The notes under the pieces were generated by a model. It was not told the DNA's origin. It did not search any database and worked only from the letters and a program-made list of their open reading frames with translations. The translations under genes and the position numbers were made by a program. From the NCBI GenBank assembly GCA_964057225.1, contig OZ059895.1:3286001-3350000 (forward strand): 64,000 nucleotides of DNA, in the 5' to 3' direction. Positions 30,001 through 40,786 of this stretch are shown here, one piece after another; position 1 is the stretch's first letter; each line of letters begins with the position of its first letter. The DNA comes from Auanema rhodensis. Lineage: Eukaryota; Animalia; Nematoda.

Positions 30001-33000
30001 TTTGTATCTATCTTGTAAAGATAGTAATATATCATATGTTGAACACTATGTTGGAAAGATTTTAATTCAGATTTTTTCAACTTTCACTCAGTTTGTTTTC
30101 TAAACTTTGATTAAGAACCTTGTTGTTTGTACACCCATAAAATATACGCAGCACAGGTTACCCTTAAATAATGAACTGACCGTCTAATCAGACATGGATC
30201 TTCCCAAGTTCTGTTGCTTGAATGGATGTTTTCCTACGTAGGCTAGTAAAACATGCCCTTCAAAGCATCAGAACATGTGATCACATTCCAATTTTTTTGT
30301 ATCTATCTTGTAAAGATAGTAATATATCATATGTTGAACACTATGTTGGAAAGATTTTAATTCAGATTTTCTAACTTTTATTCAGTTTGTTTTTTAAACT
30401 TTGATTAAGAACTTTGATTTTTGTACACCCATAAATTATACGCAGCACAGGTTACCCTTAAATAATGAACTGACCGACTAATCAGACATGGATCTTTCCT
30501 AGTTCTGTTGCTTGAATGGATGTTTTCCTACGTAGGCTAGTAAAACATGCCCTTCAAAGCATCAGAACATGTGATCACATTCCAATTTTTTTGAAATCTA
30601 TCTTGTAAAGATAGTAATAAACTTTGATTTTAGTACACCCATAAATTATACGCAGCACAGGTTACCCTTAAATAATGAACTGACCGACTAATCAGACATG
30701 GATCTTTCCTAGTTCTGTTGCTTGAATGGATGTTTTCCTACGTAGGCTAGTAAAACATGCCCTTCAAAGCATCAGAACATGTGATCACATTCCAATTTTT
30801 TTGTATCTATCTTGTAAAGATAGTAATATATCATATGTTGAACACTATGTTGGAAAGATTTTAATTCAGATTTACGAACTTTTATTCAGTTTGTTTTTTA
30901 AACTTTGATTAAGAACTTTGATTTTTGTACACCCATAAATTATACGCAGCACAGGTTACCCTTAAATAATGAACTGACCGACTAATCAGACATGGATCTT
31001 TCCAAGTTCTGTTGCTTGAATGGATGTTTTCCTACGTAGGCTAGTAAAACATGCCCTTCAAAGCATCAGAACATGTGACCACATTCCAATTTTTTTTTAT
31101 CTATCTTGTAAAGATAGTAATATATCATATGCTGAACACTATGTTGGAAAGATTTTAATTCAGATTTTCTAACTTTTATTCAGTTTGTTTTTTAAACTTT
31201 GATTAAGAACTTTGATTTTTGTACACCCATTAATTATACGCAGCACAGGTTACCCTTAAATAATGAACTGACCGACTAATCAGACATGGATCTTTCCTAG
31301 TTCTGTTGCTTGAATGGATGTTTTCCTACGTAGGCTAGTAAAACATGCCCTTCAAAGCATCAGAACATGTGACCACATTCCAATTTTTTTGTATCTATCT
31401 TGTAAAGATAGTAATATATCATATGTTGAACACTATGTTGGAAAGATTTTAATTCAGATTTTTTCAACTTTCACTCAGTTTGTTTTCTAAACTTTGATTA
31501 AGAACCTTGAGTTTTGTACACCCATAAATTATACGCAGCACAGGTTACCCTTAAATAATGAACTGACCGACTAATGAGACATGGATCTTTCCAAGTTCTG
31601 TTGCTTGAATGGATGTTTTCCTACGTAGGCTAGTAAAACATGCCCTTCAAAGCATCAGAACATGTGACCACATTCCAATTTTTTTGTATCTATCTTGTAA
31701 AGATAGTAATATATCATATGTTGAACACTATGTTGGAAAGATTTTAATTCAGATTTTCTAACTTTTATTCAGTTTGTTTTTTAAACTTTGATTAAGAACT
31801 TTGATTTTTGTACACCCATAAATTATACGCAGCACAGGTTACCCTTAAATAATGAACTGACCGACTAATCAGACATGGATCTTTCCTAGTTCTGTTGCTT
31901 GAATGGATGTTTTCCTACGTAGGCTAGTAAAACATGCCCTTCAAAGCATCAGAATATGTGATCACATTCCAATTTTTTTGTATCTATCTTGTAAAGATAG
32001 TAATATATCATATGTTGAACACTATGTTGGAAAGATTTTAATTCAGATTTTCTAACTTTTATTCAGTTTGTTTTTTAAATTTTGATTAAGAACTTTGATT
32101 TTTGTACACCCATAAATTATACGCAGCACAGGTTACCCTTGAATAATGAACTGACTGACTAATCAGACATGGATCTTTCCTAGTTCTGTTGCTTGAATGG
32201 ATGTTTTCCTACGTAGGCTAGTAAAACATGCCCTTCAAAGCATCAGAACATGTGATCACATTCCAATTTTTTTGTATCTATCTTGTAAAGATAGTAATAA
32301 ACTTTGATTTTTGTACACCTATAAATTATACGCAGCACAGGTTACCCTTAAATAATGAACTGACCGACTAATCAGACATGGATCTTTCCAAGTTCTGTTG
32401 CTTGAACGGATGTTTTCCTACGTAGGCTAGTAAAACATGCCCTTCAAAGCATCAGAACATGTGATCACATTTCAATTTTTTTGTATCTATCTTGTAAAGA
32501 TAGTAATATATCATATGTTGAACACTATGTTGGAAAGATTTTAATTCAGATTTTTTCAACTTTCACTCAGTTTGTTTTCTAAACTTTGATTAAGAACCTT
32601 GTTGTTTGTACACCCATAAAATATACGCAGCACAGGTTACCCTTAAATAATGAACTGACCGTCTAATCAGACATGGATCTTCCCAAGTTCTGTTGCTTGA
32701 ATGGATGTTTTCCTACGTAGGCTAGTAAAACATGCCCTTCAAAGCATCAGAACATGTGATCACATTCCAATTTTTTTGTATCTATCTTGTAAAGATAGTA
32801 ATATATCATATGTTGAACACTATGTTGGAAAGATTTTAATTCAGATTTTCTAACTTTTATTCAGTTTGTTTTTTAAACTTTGATTAAGAACTTTGATTTT
32901 TGTACACCCATAAATTATACGCAGCACAGGTTACCCTTAAATAATGAACTGACCGACTAATCAGACATGGATCTTTCCTAGTTCTGTTGCTTGAATGGAT

Positions 33001-36000
33001 GTTTTCCTACGTAGGCTAGTAAAACATGCCCTTCAAAGCATCAGAACATGTGATCACATTCCAATTTTTTTGAAATCTATCTTGTTAAGATAGTAATAAA
33101 CTTTGATTTTAGTACACCCATAAATTATACGCAGCACAGGTTACCCTTAAATAATGAACTGACCGACTAATCAGACATGGATCTTTCCTAGTTCTGTTGC
33201 TTGAATGGATGTTTTCCTACGTAGGCTAGTAAAACATGCCCTTCAAAGCATCAGAACATGTGATCACATTCCAATTTTTTTGTATCTATCTTGTAAAGAT
33301 AGTAATATATCATATGTTGAACACTATGTTGGAAAGATTTTAATTCAGATTTACGAACTTTTATTCAGTTTGTTTTTTAAACTTTGATTAAGAACTTTGA
33401 TTTTTGTACACCCATAAATTATACGCAGCACAGGTTACCCTTAAATAATGAACTGACCGACTAATCAGACATGGATCTTTCCAAGTTCTGTTGCTTGAAT
33501 GGATGTTTTCCTACGTAGGCTAGTAAAACATGCCCTTCAAAGCATCAGAACATGTGACCACATTCCAATTTTTTTGTATCTATCTTGTAAAGATAGTAAT
33601 ATATCATATGCTGAACACTATGTTGGAAAGATTTTAATTCAGATTTTCTAACTTTTATTCAGTTTGTTTTTTAAACTTTGATTAAGAACTTTGATTTTTG
33701 TACACCCATTAATTATACGCAGCACAGGTTACCCTTAAATAATGAACTGACCGACTAATCAGACATGGATCTTTCCTAGTTCTGTTGCTTGAATGGATGT
33801 TTTCCTACGTAGGCTAGTAAAACATGCCCTTCAAAGCATCAGAACATGTGACCACATTCCAATTTTTTTGTATCTATCTTGTAAAGATAGTAATATATCA
33901 TATGTTGAACACTATGTTGGAAAGATTTTAATTCAGATTTTTTCAACTTTCACTCAGTTTGTTTTCTAAACTTTGATTAAGAACCTTGAGTTTTGTACAC
34001 CCATAAATTATACGCAGCACAGGTTACCCTTAAATAATGAACTGACCGACTAATGAGACATGGATCTTTCCAAGTTCTGTTGCTTGAATGGATGTTTTCC
34101 TACGTAGGCTAGTAAAACATGCCCTTCAAAGCATCAGAACATGTGACCACATTCCAATTTTTTTGTATCTATCTTGTAAAGATAGTAATATATCATATGT
34201 TGAACACTATGTTGAAAAGATTTTAATTCAGATTTTCTAACTTTTATTCAGTTTGTTTTTTAAACTTTGATTAAGAACTTTGATTTTTGTACACCCATAA
34301 ATTATACGCAGCACAGGTTACCCTTAAATAATGAACTGACCGACTAATCAGACATGGATCTTTCCTAGTTCTGTTGCTTGAATGGATGTTTTCCTACGTA
34401 GGCTAGTAAAACATGACCTTCAAAGCATCAGAACATGTGATCACATTCCAATATTTTTGTATCTATCTTGTAAAGATAGTAATATATCATATGTTGAACA
34501 CTATGTTGGAAAGATTTTAATTCAGATTTTCTAACTTTTATTCAGTTTGTTTTTTAAACTTTGATTAAGAACTTTGATTTTTGTACACCCATAAATTATA
34601 CGCAGCACAGGTTACCCTTAAATAATGAACTGACCGACTAATCAGACATGGATCTTTCCTAGTTCTGTTGCTTGAATGGATGTTTTCCTACGTAGGCTAG
34701 TAAAACATGCTCTTCAAAGCATCAGAACATGTGACCACATTCCAATTTTTTTGTATCTATCTTGTAAAGATAGTAATATATCATATGTTGAACACTATGT
34801 TGGAAAGATTTTAATTCAGATTTTTTCAACTTTCACTTAGTTTGTTTTCTAAACTTTGATTAAGAACCTTGAGTTTTGTACACCCATAAAATATACGCAG
34901 CACAGGTTACCCTTAAATAATGAACTGACTGTCTAATCAGACATGGATCTTCCCAAGTTCTGTTGCTTGAATGGATGTTTTCCTACGTAGGCTAGTAAAA
35001 CATGCCCTTCAAAGCATCAGAACATGTGATCACATTCCAATTTTTTTGTATCTATCTTGTAAAGATAGTAATATATCATATGTTGAACACTATGTTGGAA
35101 AGATTTTAATTCAGATTTTCGAACTTTTATTCAGTTTGTTTTTTAAACTTTGATTAAGAACTTTGATTTTTGTACACCCATAAATTATACGCAGCACAGG
35201 TTACCCTTAATTAATGAACTGACCGACTAATCAGACATGGATCTTTCCAAGTTCTGTTGCTTGAACGGATGTTTTCCTACGAAGGCTAGTAAAACATGCC
35301 CTTCAAAGCATCAGAACATGTGATCTCATTCCAATATTTTTGTATCTATCTTGTAAAGATAGTAATATATCATATGTTGAACACTATGTTGGAAAGATTT
35401 TAATTCGGTTTTTTTTCAACTTTCACTCAGTTTGTTTTCTTAACTTTGATTAAGAACCTTGAGTTTTGTACACCCATAAATTATACGCAGCACAGGTTAC
35501 CCTTAAATAATGAACTGACCGACTAATCAGACATGGATCTTTCCTAGTTCTGTTGCTTGAATGGATGTTTTCCTACGTAGGCTAGTAAAACATGCCCTTC
35601 AAAGCATCAGAACATGTGATCACATTCCAATATTTTTGTATCTATCTTGTAAAGATAGTAATATATCATATGTTGAACACTATGTTGGAAAGATTTTAAT
35701 TCAGATTTTTTCAACTTTCACTCAGTTTGTTTTCTAAACTTTGATTAAGAACCTTGAGTTTTGTACACCCATAAATTATACGCAGCACAGGTTACCCTTA
35801 AATAATGAACTGACCGACTAATCAGACATGGATCTTTCCTAGTTCTGTTGCTTGAATGGATGTTTTCCTACGTAGGCTAGTAAAACATGCCCTTCAAAGC
35901 ATCAGAACATGTGACCACATTCCAATTTTTTTGTATCTATCTTGTAAAGATAGTAATATATCATATGTTGAACACTATGTTGGAAAGATTTTAATTCAGA

Positions 36001-37575
36001 TTTTTTCAACTTTCACTCAGTTTGTTTTCTAAACTTTGATTAAGAACCTTGAGTTTTGTACACCCATAAAATATACGCAGCACAGGTTACCCTTAAATAA
36101 TGAACTGACTGTCTAATCAGACATGGATCTTCCCAAGTTCTGTTGCTTGAATGGATGTTTTCCTACGTAGGCTAGTAAAACATGCCCTTCAAAGCATCAG
36201 AACATGTGATCACATTCCAATATTTTTGTATCTATCTTGTAAAGATAGTAATATATCATATGTTGAACACTATGTTGGAAAGATTTTAATTCAGATTTTT
36301 TCAACTTTCACTCAGTTTGTTTTCTAAACTTTGATTAAGAACCTTGAGTTTTGTACACCCATAAATTATACGCAGCACAGGTTACCCTTAAATAATGAAC
36401 TGACCGACTAATCAGACATGGATCTTTCCTAGTTCTGTTGCTTGAATGGATGTTTTCCTACGTAGGCTAGTAAAACATGCCCTTCAAAGCATCAGAACAT
36501 GTGATCACATTCCAATTTTTTTGTATCTATCTTGTAAAGATAGTAATTATATCATATGTTGAACACTATGTTGGAAAGATTTTAATTCAGATTTTCTAAC
36601 TTTTATTCAGTTTGTTTTTTAAACTTTGATTAAGAACTTTGATTTTTGTACACCCATAAATTATACGCAGCACAGGTTACCCTTGAATAATGAACTGACC
36701 GACTAATCAGACATGGATCTTTCCTAGTTCTGTTGCTTGAATGGATGTTTTCCTACGTAGGCTAGTAAAACATGCCCTTCAAAGCATCAGAACATGTGAT
36801 CACATTCCAATTTTTTTGTATCTATCTTGTAAAGATAGTAATAAACTTTGATTTTTGTACACCCATAAATTATACGCAGCACAGGTTACCCTTAAATAAT
36901 GAACTGACCGACTAATCAGACATGGATCTTTCCAAGTTCTGTTGCTTGAACGGATGTTTTCCTACGTAGGCTAGTAAAACATGCCCTTCAAAGCATCAGA
37001 ACATGTGATCACATTTCAATTTTTTTGTATCTATCTTGTAAAGATAGTAATATATCATATGTTGAACACTATGTTGGAAAGATTTTAATTCAGATTTTTT
37101 CAACTTTCACTCAGTTTGTTTTCTAAACTTTGATTAAGAACCTTGTTGTTTGTACACCCATAAAATATACGCAGCACAGGTTACCCTTAAATAATGAACT
37201 GACCGTCTAATCAGACATGGATCTTCCCAAGTTCTGTTGCTTGAATGGATGTTTTCCTACAAAGGCTAGTAAAACATGCCCTTCAAAGCATCAGAACATG
37301 TGATCACATTCCAATTTTTTTGTATCTATCTTGTAAAGATAGTAATATATCATATGTTGAACACTATGTTGGAAAGATTTTAATTCAGATTTTCTAACTT
37401 TTATTCAGTTTGTTTTTTAAACTTTGATTAAGAACTTTGATTTTTGTACACCCATAAATTATACGCAGCACAGGTTACCCTTAAATAATGAACTGACCGA
37501 CTAATCAGACATGGATCTTTCCTAGTTCTGTTGCTTGAATGGATGTTTTCCTACGTAGGCTAGTAAAACATGCCC
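1..37575. repeat. Tandem satellite array, left arm (294/295-bp monomers mixed with 209/210-bp deletion monomers)
   Basis: Near-identical head-to-tail units (ACACCCATAAATTATACGCAGCACAGGTTACCC...). Spacing 4186->4774 = 588 = 2x294. Short units recur at 3661/3871/4081 = 210 bp. Runs off the left edge of the window. Confidence 0.99.
37572..37575 (+). other. Target-site duplication GCCC (left copy)
   Basis: Empty satellite reads CAT-GCCC-TTC. Here CATGCCC precedes the 5' LTR and GCCCTTC follows the 3' LTR. Confidence 0.95.
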
Positions 37576-37911
37576 CGTTCCATTCGGATGATCAATACGT
37601 AGCAGGCGGGTTAGAGCTAGACGACAAGAGACGAGAGGAGCTGACACGCCCTTTATACGGAACTCAGACTTTAGTTCTGTCTCATGGAATGACTAAGGAT
37701 GGCTTGTCATCTCCTCAGAGCTCACCTATAGTTTATATCTCTTTAATTCTTATCGTAACTTATTGTAATCATTATGTAGAATAAACCTTTCTTTTCATGA
37801 GTCTTATGTTATCCATTATGCTCTATTAATACCGCTACATCTGGAACACTGTATCGCACATCTTATAGACTACATTGGTCTATAGGATAGATGCGAGAGC
37901 ATAACGGAACG
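37576..37911 (+). repeat. 5' LTR (336 bp)
   Basis: CGTTCCATTCGG...ATAACGGAACG. Matches 48034-48369 with no difference seen. Terminal inverted repeat CGTTCC/GGAACG. Confidence 0.97.
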
Positions 37912-37924
37912 TGGAGGTTCCACC
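37912..37924 (+). promoter_or_regulatory. Primer binding site, tRNA-Gln type
   Basis: TGGAGGTTCCACC directly abuts the 5' LTR and equals the first 13 nt of the known retroviral tRNA-Gln PBS TGGAGGTTCCACCGAGAT. Confidence 0.85.
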
Positions 37925-39336
37925 TCGAACGTTTTTTTTACTTTCTCTTATTTTCTTAAATTTTATTCACTCTTGCAATATTCATTTTCTTTTCAACTTT
38001 CTCTTATCCATTGCCATCTTCTCCACGCTAAAACACAAAACGGAGGGGCCAACATCGTTATAGGGAACAGATGCAAGGAACTCTCATAATAAGAGAGTAA
38101 AATTATACATTTTGGGAAGAATTTATTTTACTTGATCCCGTTGTTCACAATTTTGTCATGTCTGAACCTAAGTCACATATCCTTGCTATTAACATCTGAT
38201 TATACTGTTACCCGACCTCGAAGCCACATGAGGACTTTAGGCTGAATTCGTGAACAGATTCACCTAAAGATTTTATATATATTTTGATTATTACCCACAC
38301 CATTCTCCTTTTAAGGATTGATTTCGGCTTTGAGGAAAGAATAACTCCAGTTATTTCTTAAATTTTGTGGATGAAAAGCATGCCAATTTGAATTTTAAAT
38401 AATTTTGCGATAAGGACTATTATATTTTGCGTTTAAAATCGTTCAGACAACTTTTAGCATTTACCATCCAAAAATATAACAAAACGCTTAAAAATCGTAC
38501 GGGAAACCTCACAACAAGTGAGAGGATGTTTAATTTAATAACTTACATTCGCTATAGTCCGAAAAATCCTGCGATATTCTTACAAACTGATCTCCCAATT
38601 TAAACTTATTCGTCAGGTCGAGTTGGCTAAAGCATATTAGTTGGATTTTCTCCCCATACTATATGTCACCTTCCTCATACCGTTTTGTTGTTTAGAAACA
38701 TGAGACTCAATTCCAAATCATCTTATTCTTTTTATAATTTCGTATAGTTCTTGTAAATTTTAGTCAGCTATGTAACTTCAATATTATAAAACGAGATCTT
38801 TGGTTTGCAAAACGACTACGGTAGATTTCTTAAAAAAGATCCTTACTTCCCGTTGAACCATGAACGAACGAATTAAGTATGCAATTGGGACTAGTAATTC
38901 CTCTTGGATAGAGTGATGGATTACCAAAGTCTAATTTTAATGCAACTTTTTGGAATGCCTAAGGGAGTTTGCGACTAAAAATCAAAAATTTCTATAAAAA
39001 AGAGAAGGGAATAAGCCCATTGAGACCAGGCAATCATCCATAATGCGTGCAAAGAGAAAAGAAAAATGCAAATGCTATACAAATTGGACCCAAAAGACCA
39101 AGATAACCAAAGTCCAATTCCAAAGTACGGTAGAAGGCGGATCTAAAGTTATGGCCAGAACCTTAGATTCATTCCTATCCTTCCGACTTGACCAAACCAG
39201 TTGTCAGTCTCAATCTAACTTTTCCCAACTTACCACCAACAACTAAACGTACATACCCGCCCAATTACGTTCAAATTCCATCATCCCACACGTAATCAGA
39301 CACTCGAGGTTTTTTCAAACCAAGAGCCCTAACAAG

Positions 39337-39765
39337 GTGGAGAGAAGGTATAACTCAGCAGTACCTCTCAGTACGCACTCCAACCCGGATCCCCGCGACT
39401 CAGCTCCAGTAACCAGAAGCCGAACTCGCGCGCAAAGTGTCGCCATCATCAACGAAGACACAGCAGAGGAGAAGCCTAACGTGGAAAAATTTTACACGCC
39501 CCGTGCAGGTACGTTTTCTCCTTCAGAACGTTCTAGTGATCCGGACTATATACCATCTGGAGACGACGAGCGACCCTTGGTGATAGACGAACAGACACCG
39601 AACACCACTACGAAAGAAAAGGTACGCTCTTCCAATATACATAAAAATAAAAATAATAAAAACCTAAATAATTCTGATATCTCTCTCTCTCTCTCTCTCA
39701 AGTCAAGAACCTACTGGTTCACCTTCAACAACAGGCTTACAATCTCTCAAAAACAAAGTCGTTGA
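39337..39765 (+). pseudogene. Low-complexity ORF upstream of gag (no ATG), probably a frameshifted or spliced N-terminal extension of Gag
   Basis: Frame open 39247-39762. S/T/P/E/R-rich disordered sequence. Overlaps the Gag frame (open from 39668) across a (TC)10 tract. Confidence 0.4.
39680..39699 (+). repeat. (TC)10 microsatellite
   Basis: TCTCTCTCTCTCTCTCTCTC read directly. Confidence 0.95.
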
Positions 39766-39769
39766 TTTA

Positions 39770-40786
39770 TTGAATCGCTCACCCAAAGACCCAAACCCAA
39801 AATCTAGCCGAGCACAGCGACTTGCTACAATACCCAATACATACACGCGCTATACGTTATCTCCAATCACCTCACCGGAGCAAAGAAAACTTTTGAAAAA
39901 TAACCCACAAACATCAACCCCAATTCTCAATAGTCCAAGATTAGACGAATTGACGACACCTAACCAATATAACCAAACAGAGCACATTACTCCTACGTCA
40001 GGAAGTTCAAGATCTGCACATACAGTAATAGCTGTTCCGAAAAAAATGACTGAGCCCGCAACCAATTTACCCGGAGCGGGGAAAACAACAATTGCCCAAG
40101 TTTTAACATCACCCTACTGCCCTGTTTATGACGGTAGCCGCAATTTCCGCGACTTTACCGCTAAATTTAATGTCTTCGCTAATGCACTTGGCCTAGTGAT
40201 ACCTGAAAGGTTGACTCTTCTGCCGTTGCTTCTTAAAAATGATGCGGCAGAAGAAGCATACAAACAAACTCCTGAACACCTTAAAACATCGGGTTCATGG
40301 AATGATTTGTTAGCAGCTTTAACATCAAAGCTCTGTCCTGAATATAATCAGGACCCAGCACTGATCAGCCTTCAAAACACTAGTCAAGGGGATCTTTCGA
40401 TTGATGCCTTTGCTCAGGCTTTGCGAACAATAAGCCTTAGTGCTTTTGCCAGTGATGACCCACATAAGGATCACATACTAAGATCAACCTTCCTGAGAGG
40501 ACTTAAAAATACTCTGAAGGCAGGAGTGATCCGAGCAAGGCCCAAAACCTTTGCTGAGGCGATTGAGGCTGCTCGCTGGGAAGAATCAATATTGAACCAG
40601 ACAGCAGACACTCAGGCGATGCTAGTGAATGCAGTTAACCAAGCACTAGCTCCCTTTACGCGCAATAAAGAGAGAAGAGATAACAGAACCTTTGACCGAA
40701 GTTACCAGCGCGTTAATCAAAATTATCAAAATTATCAAAATTATCAAACAAATAAAAACCGTTCAAATTATAACAATTTCCAATGA
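39770..40786 (+). CDS. gag: Gag (Ty3/Arc-like capsid). First in-frame ATG at 40046. N/Q-rich C-terminus, no zinc knuckle
   Basis: PVYDGSRNFRDFTAKF...SWNDLLAAL...SQGDLSIDAFAQAL...STFLRGLK...PKTFAEAIEAA matches the retrotransposon capsid pattern. Position follows the PBS and leader. Confidence 0.9.
   Translation: MNRSPKDPNPKSSRAQRLATIPNTYTRYTLSPITSPEQRKLLKNNPQTSTPILNSPRLDELTTPNQYNQTEHITPTSGSSRSAHTVIAVPKKMTEPATNLPGAGKTTIAQVLTSPYCPVYDGSRNFRDFTAKFNVFANALGLVIPERLTLLPLLLKNDAAEEAYKQTPEHLKTSGSWNDLLAALTSKLCPEYNQDPALISLQNTSQGDLSIDAFAQALRTISLSAFASDDPHKDHILRSTFLRGLKNTLKAGVIRARPKTFAEAIEAARWEESILNQTADTQAMLVNAVNQALAPFTRNKERRDNRTFDRSYQRVNQNYQNYQNYQTNKNRSNYNNFQ
40721..40747 (+). repeat. (AATTATCAA)x3 coding minisatellite (NYQ repeats) at Gag C-terminus
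   Basis: Three perfect 9-bp units read directly. Confidence 0.9.

Noticed and set aside
1-37575. CRISPR array
   Set aside because: No unique spacers. Whole units are repeated, no cas genes, eukaryotic context.
37539-37784. 81-aa ORF across the satellite/LTR junction
   Set aside because: Chance read-through from the satellite ATG into LTR sequence.
40064-40105. P-loop-like LPGAGKTT at Gag N-terminus
   Set aside because: Lacks the first G/A of Walker A (N-L-P-G-A-G-K-T), has no preceding beta strand or Walker B, and is followed directly by capsid sequence.
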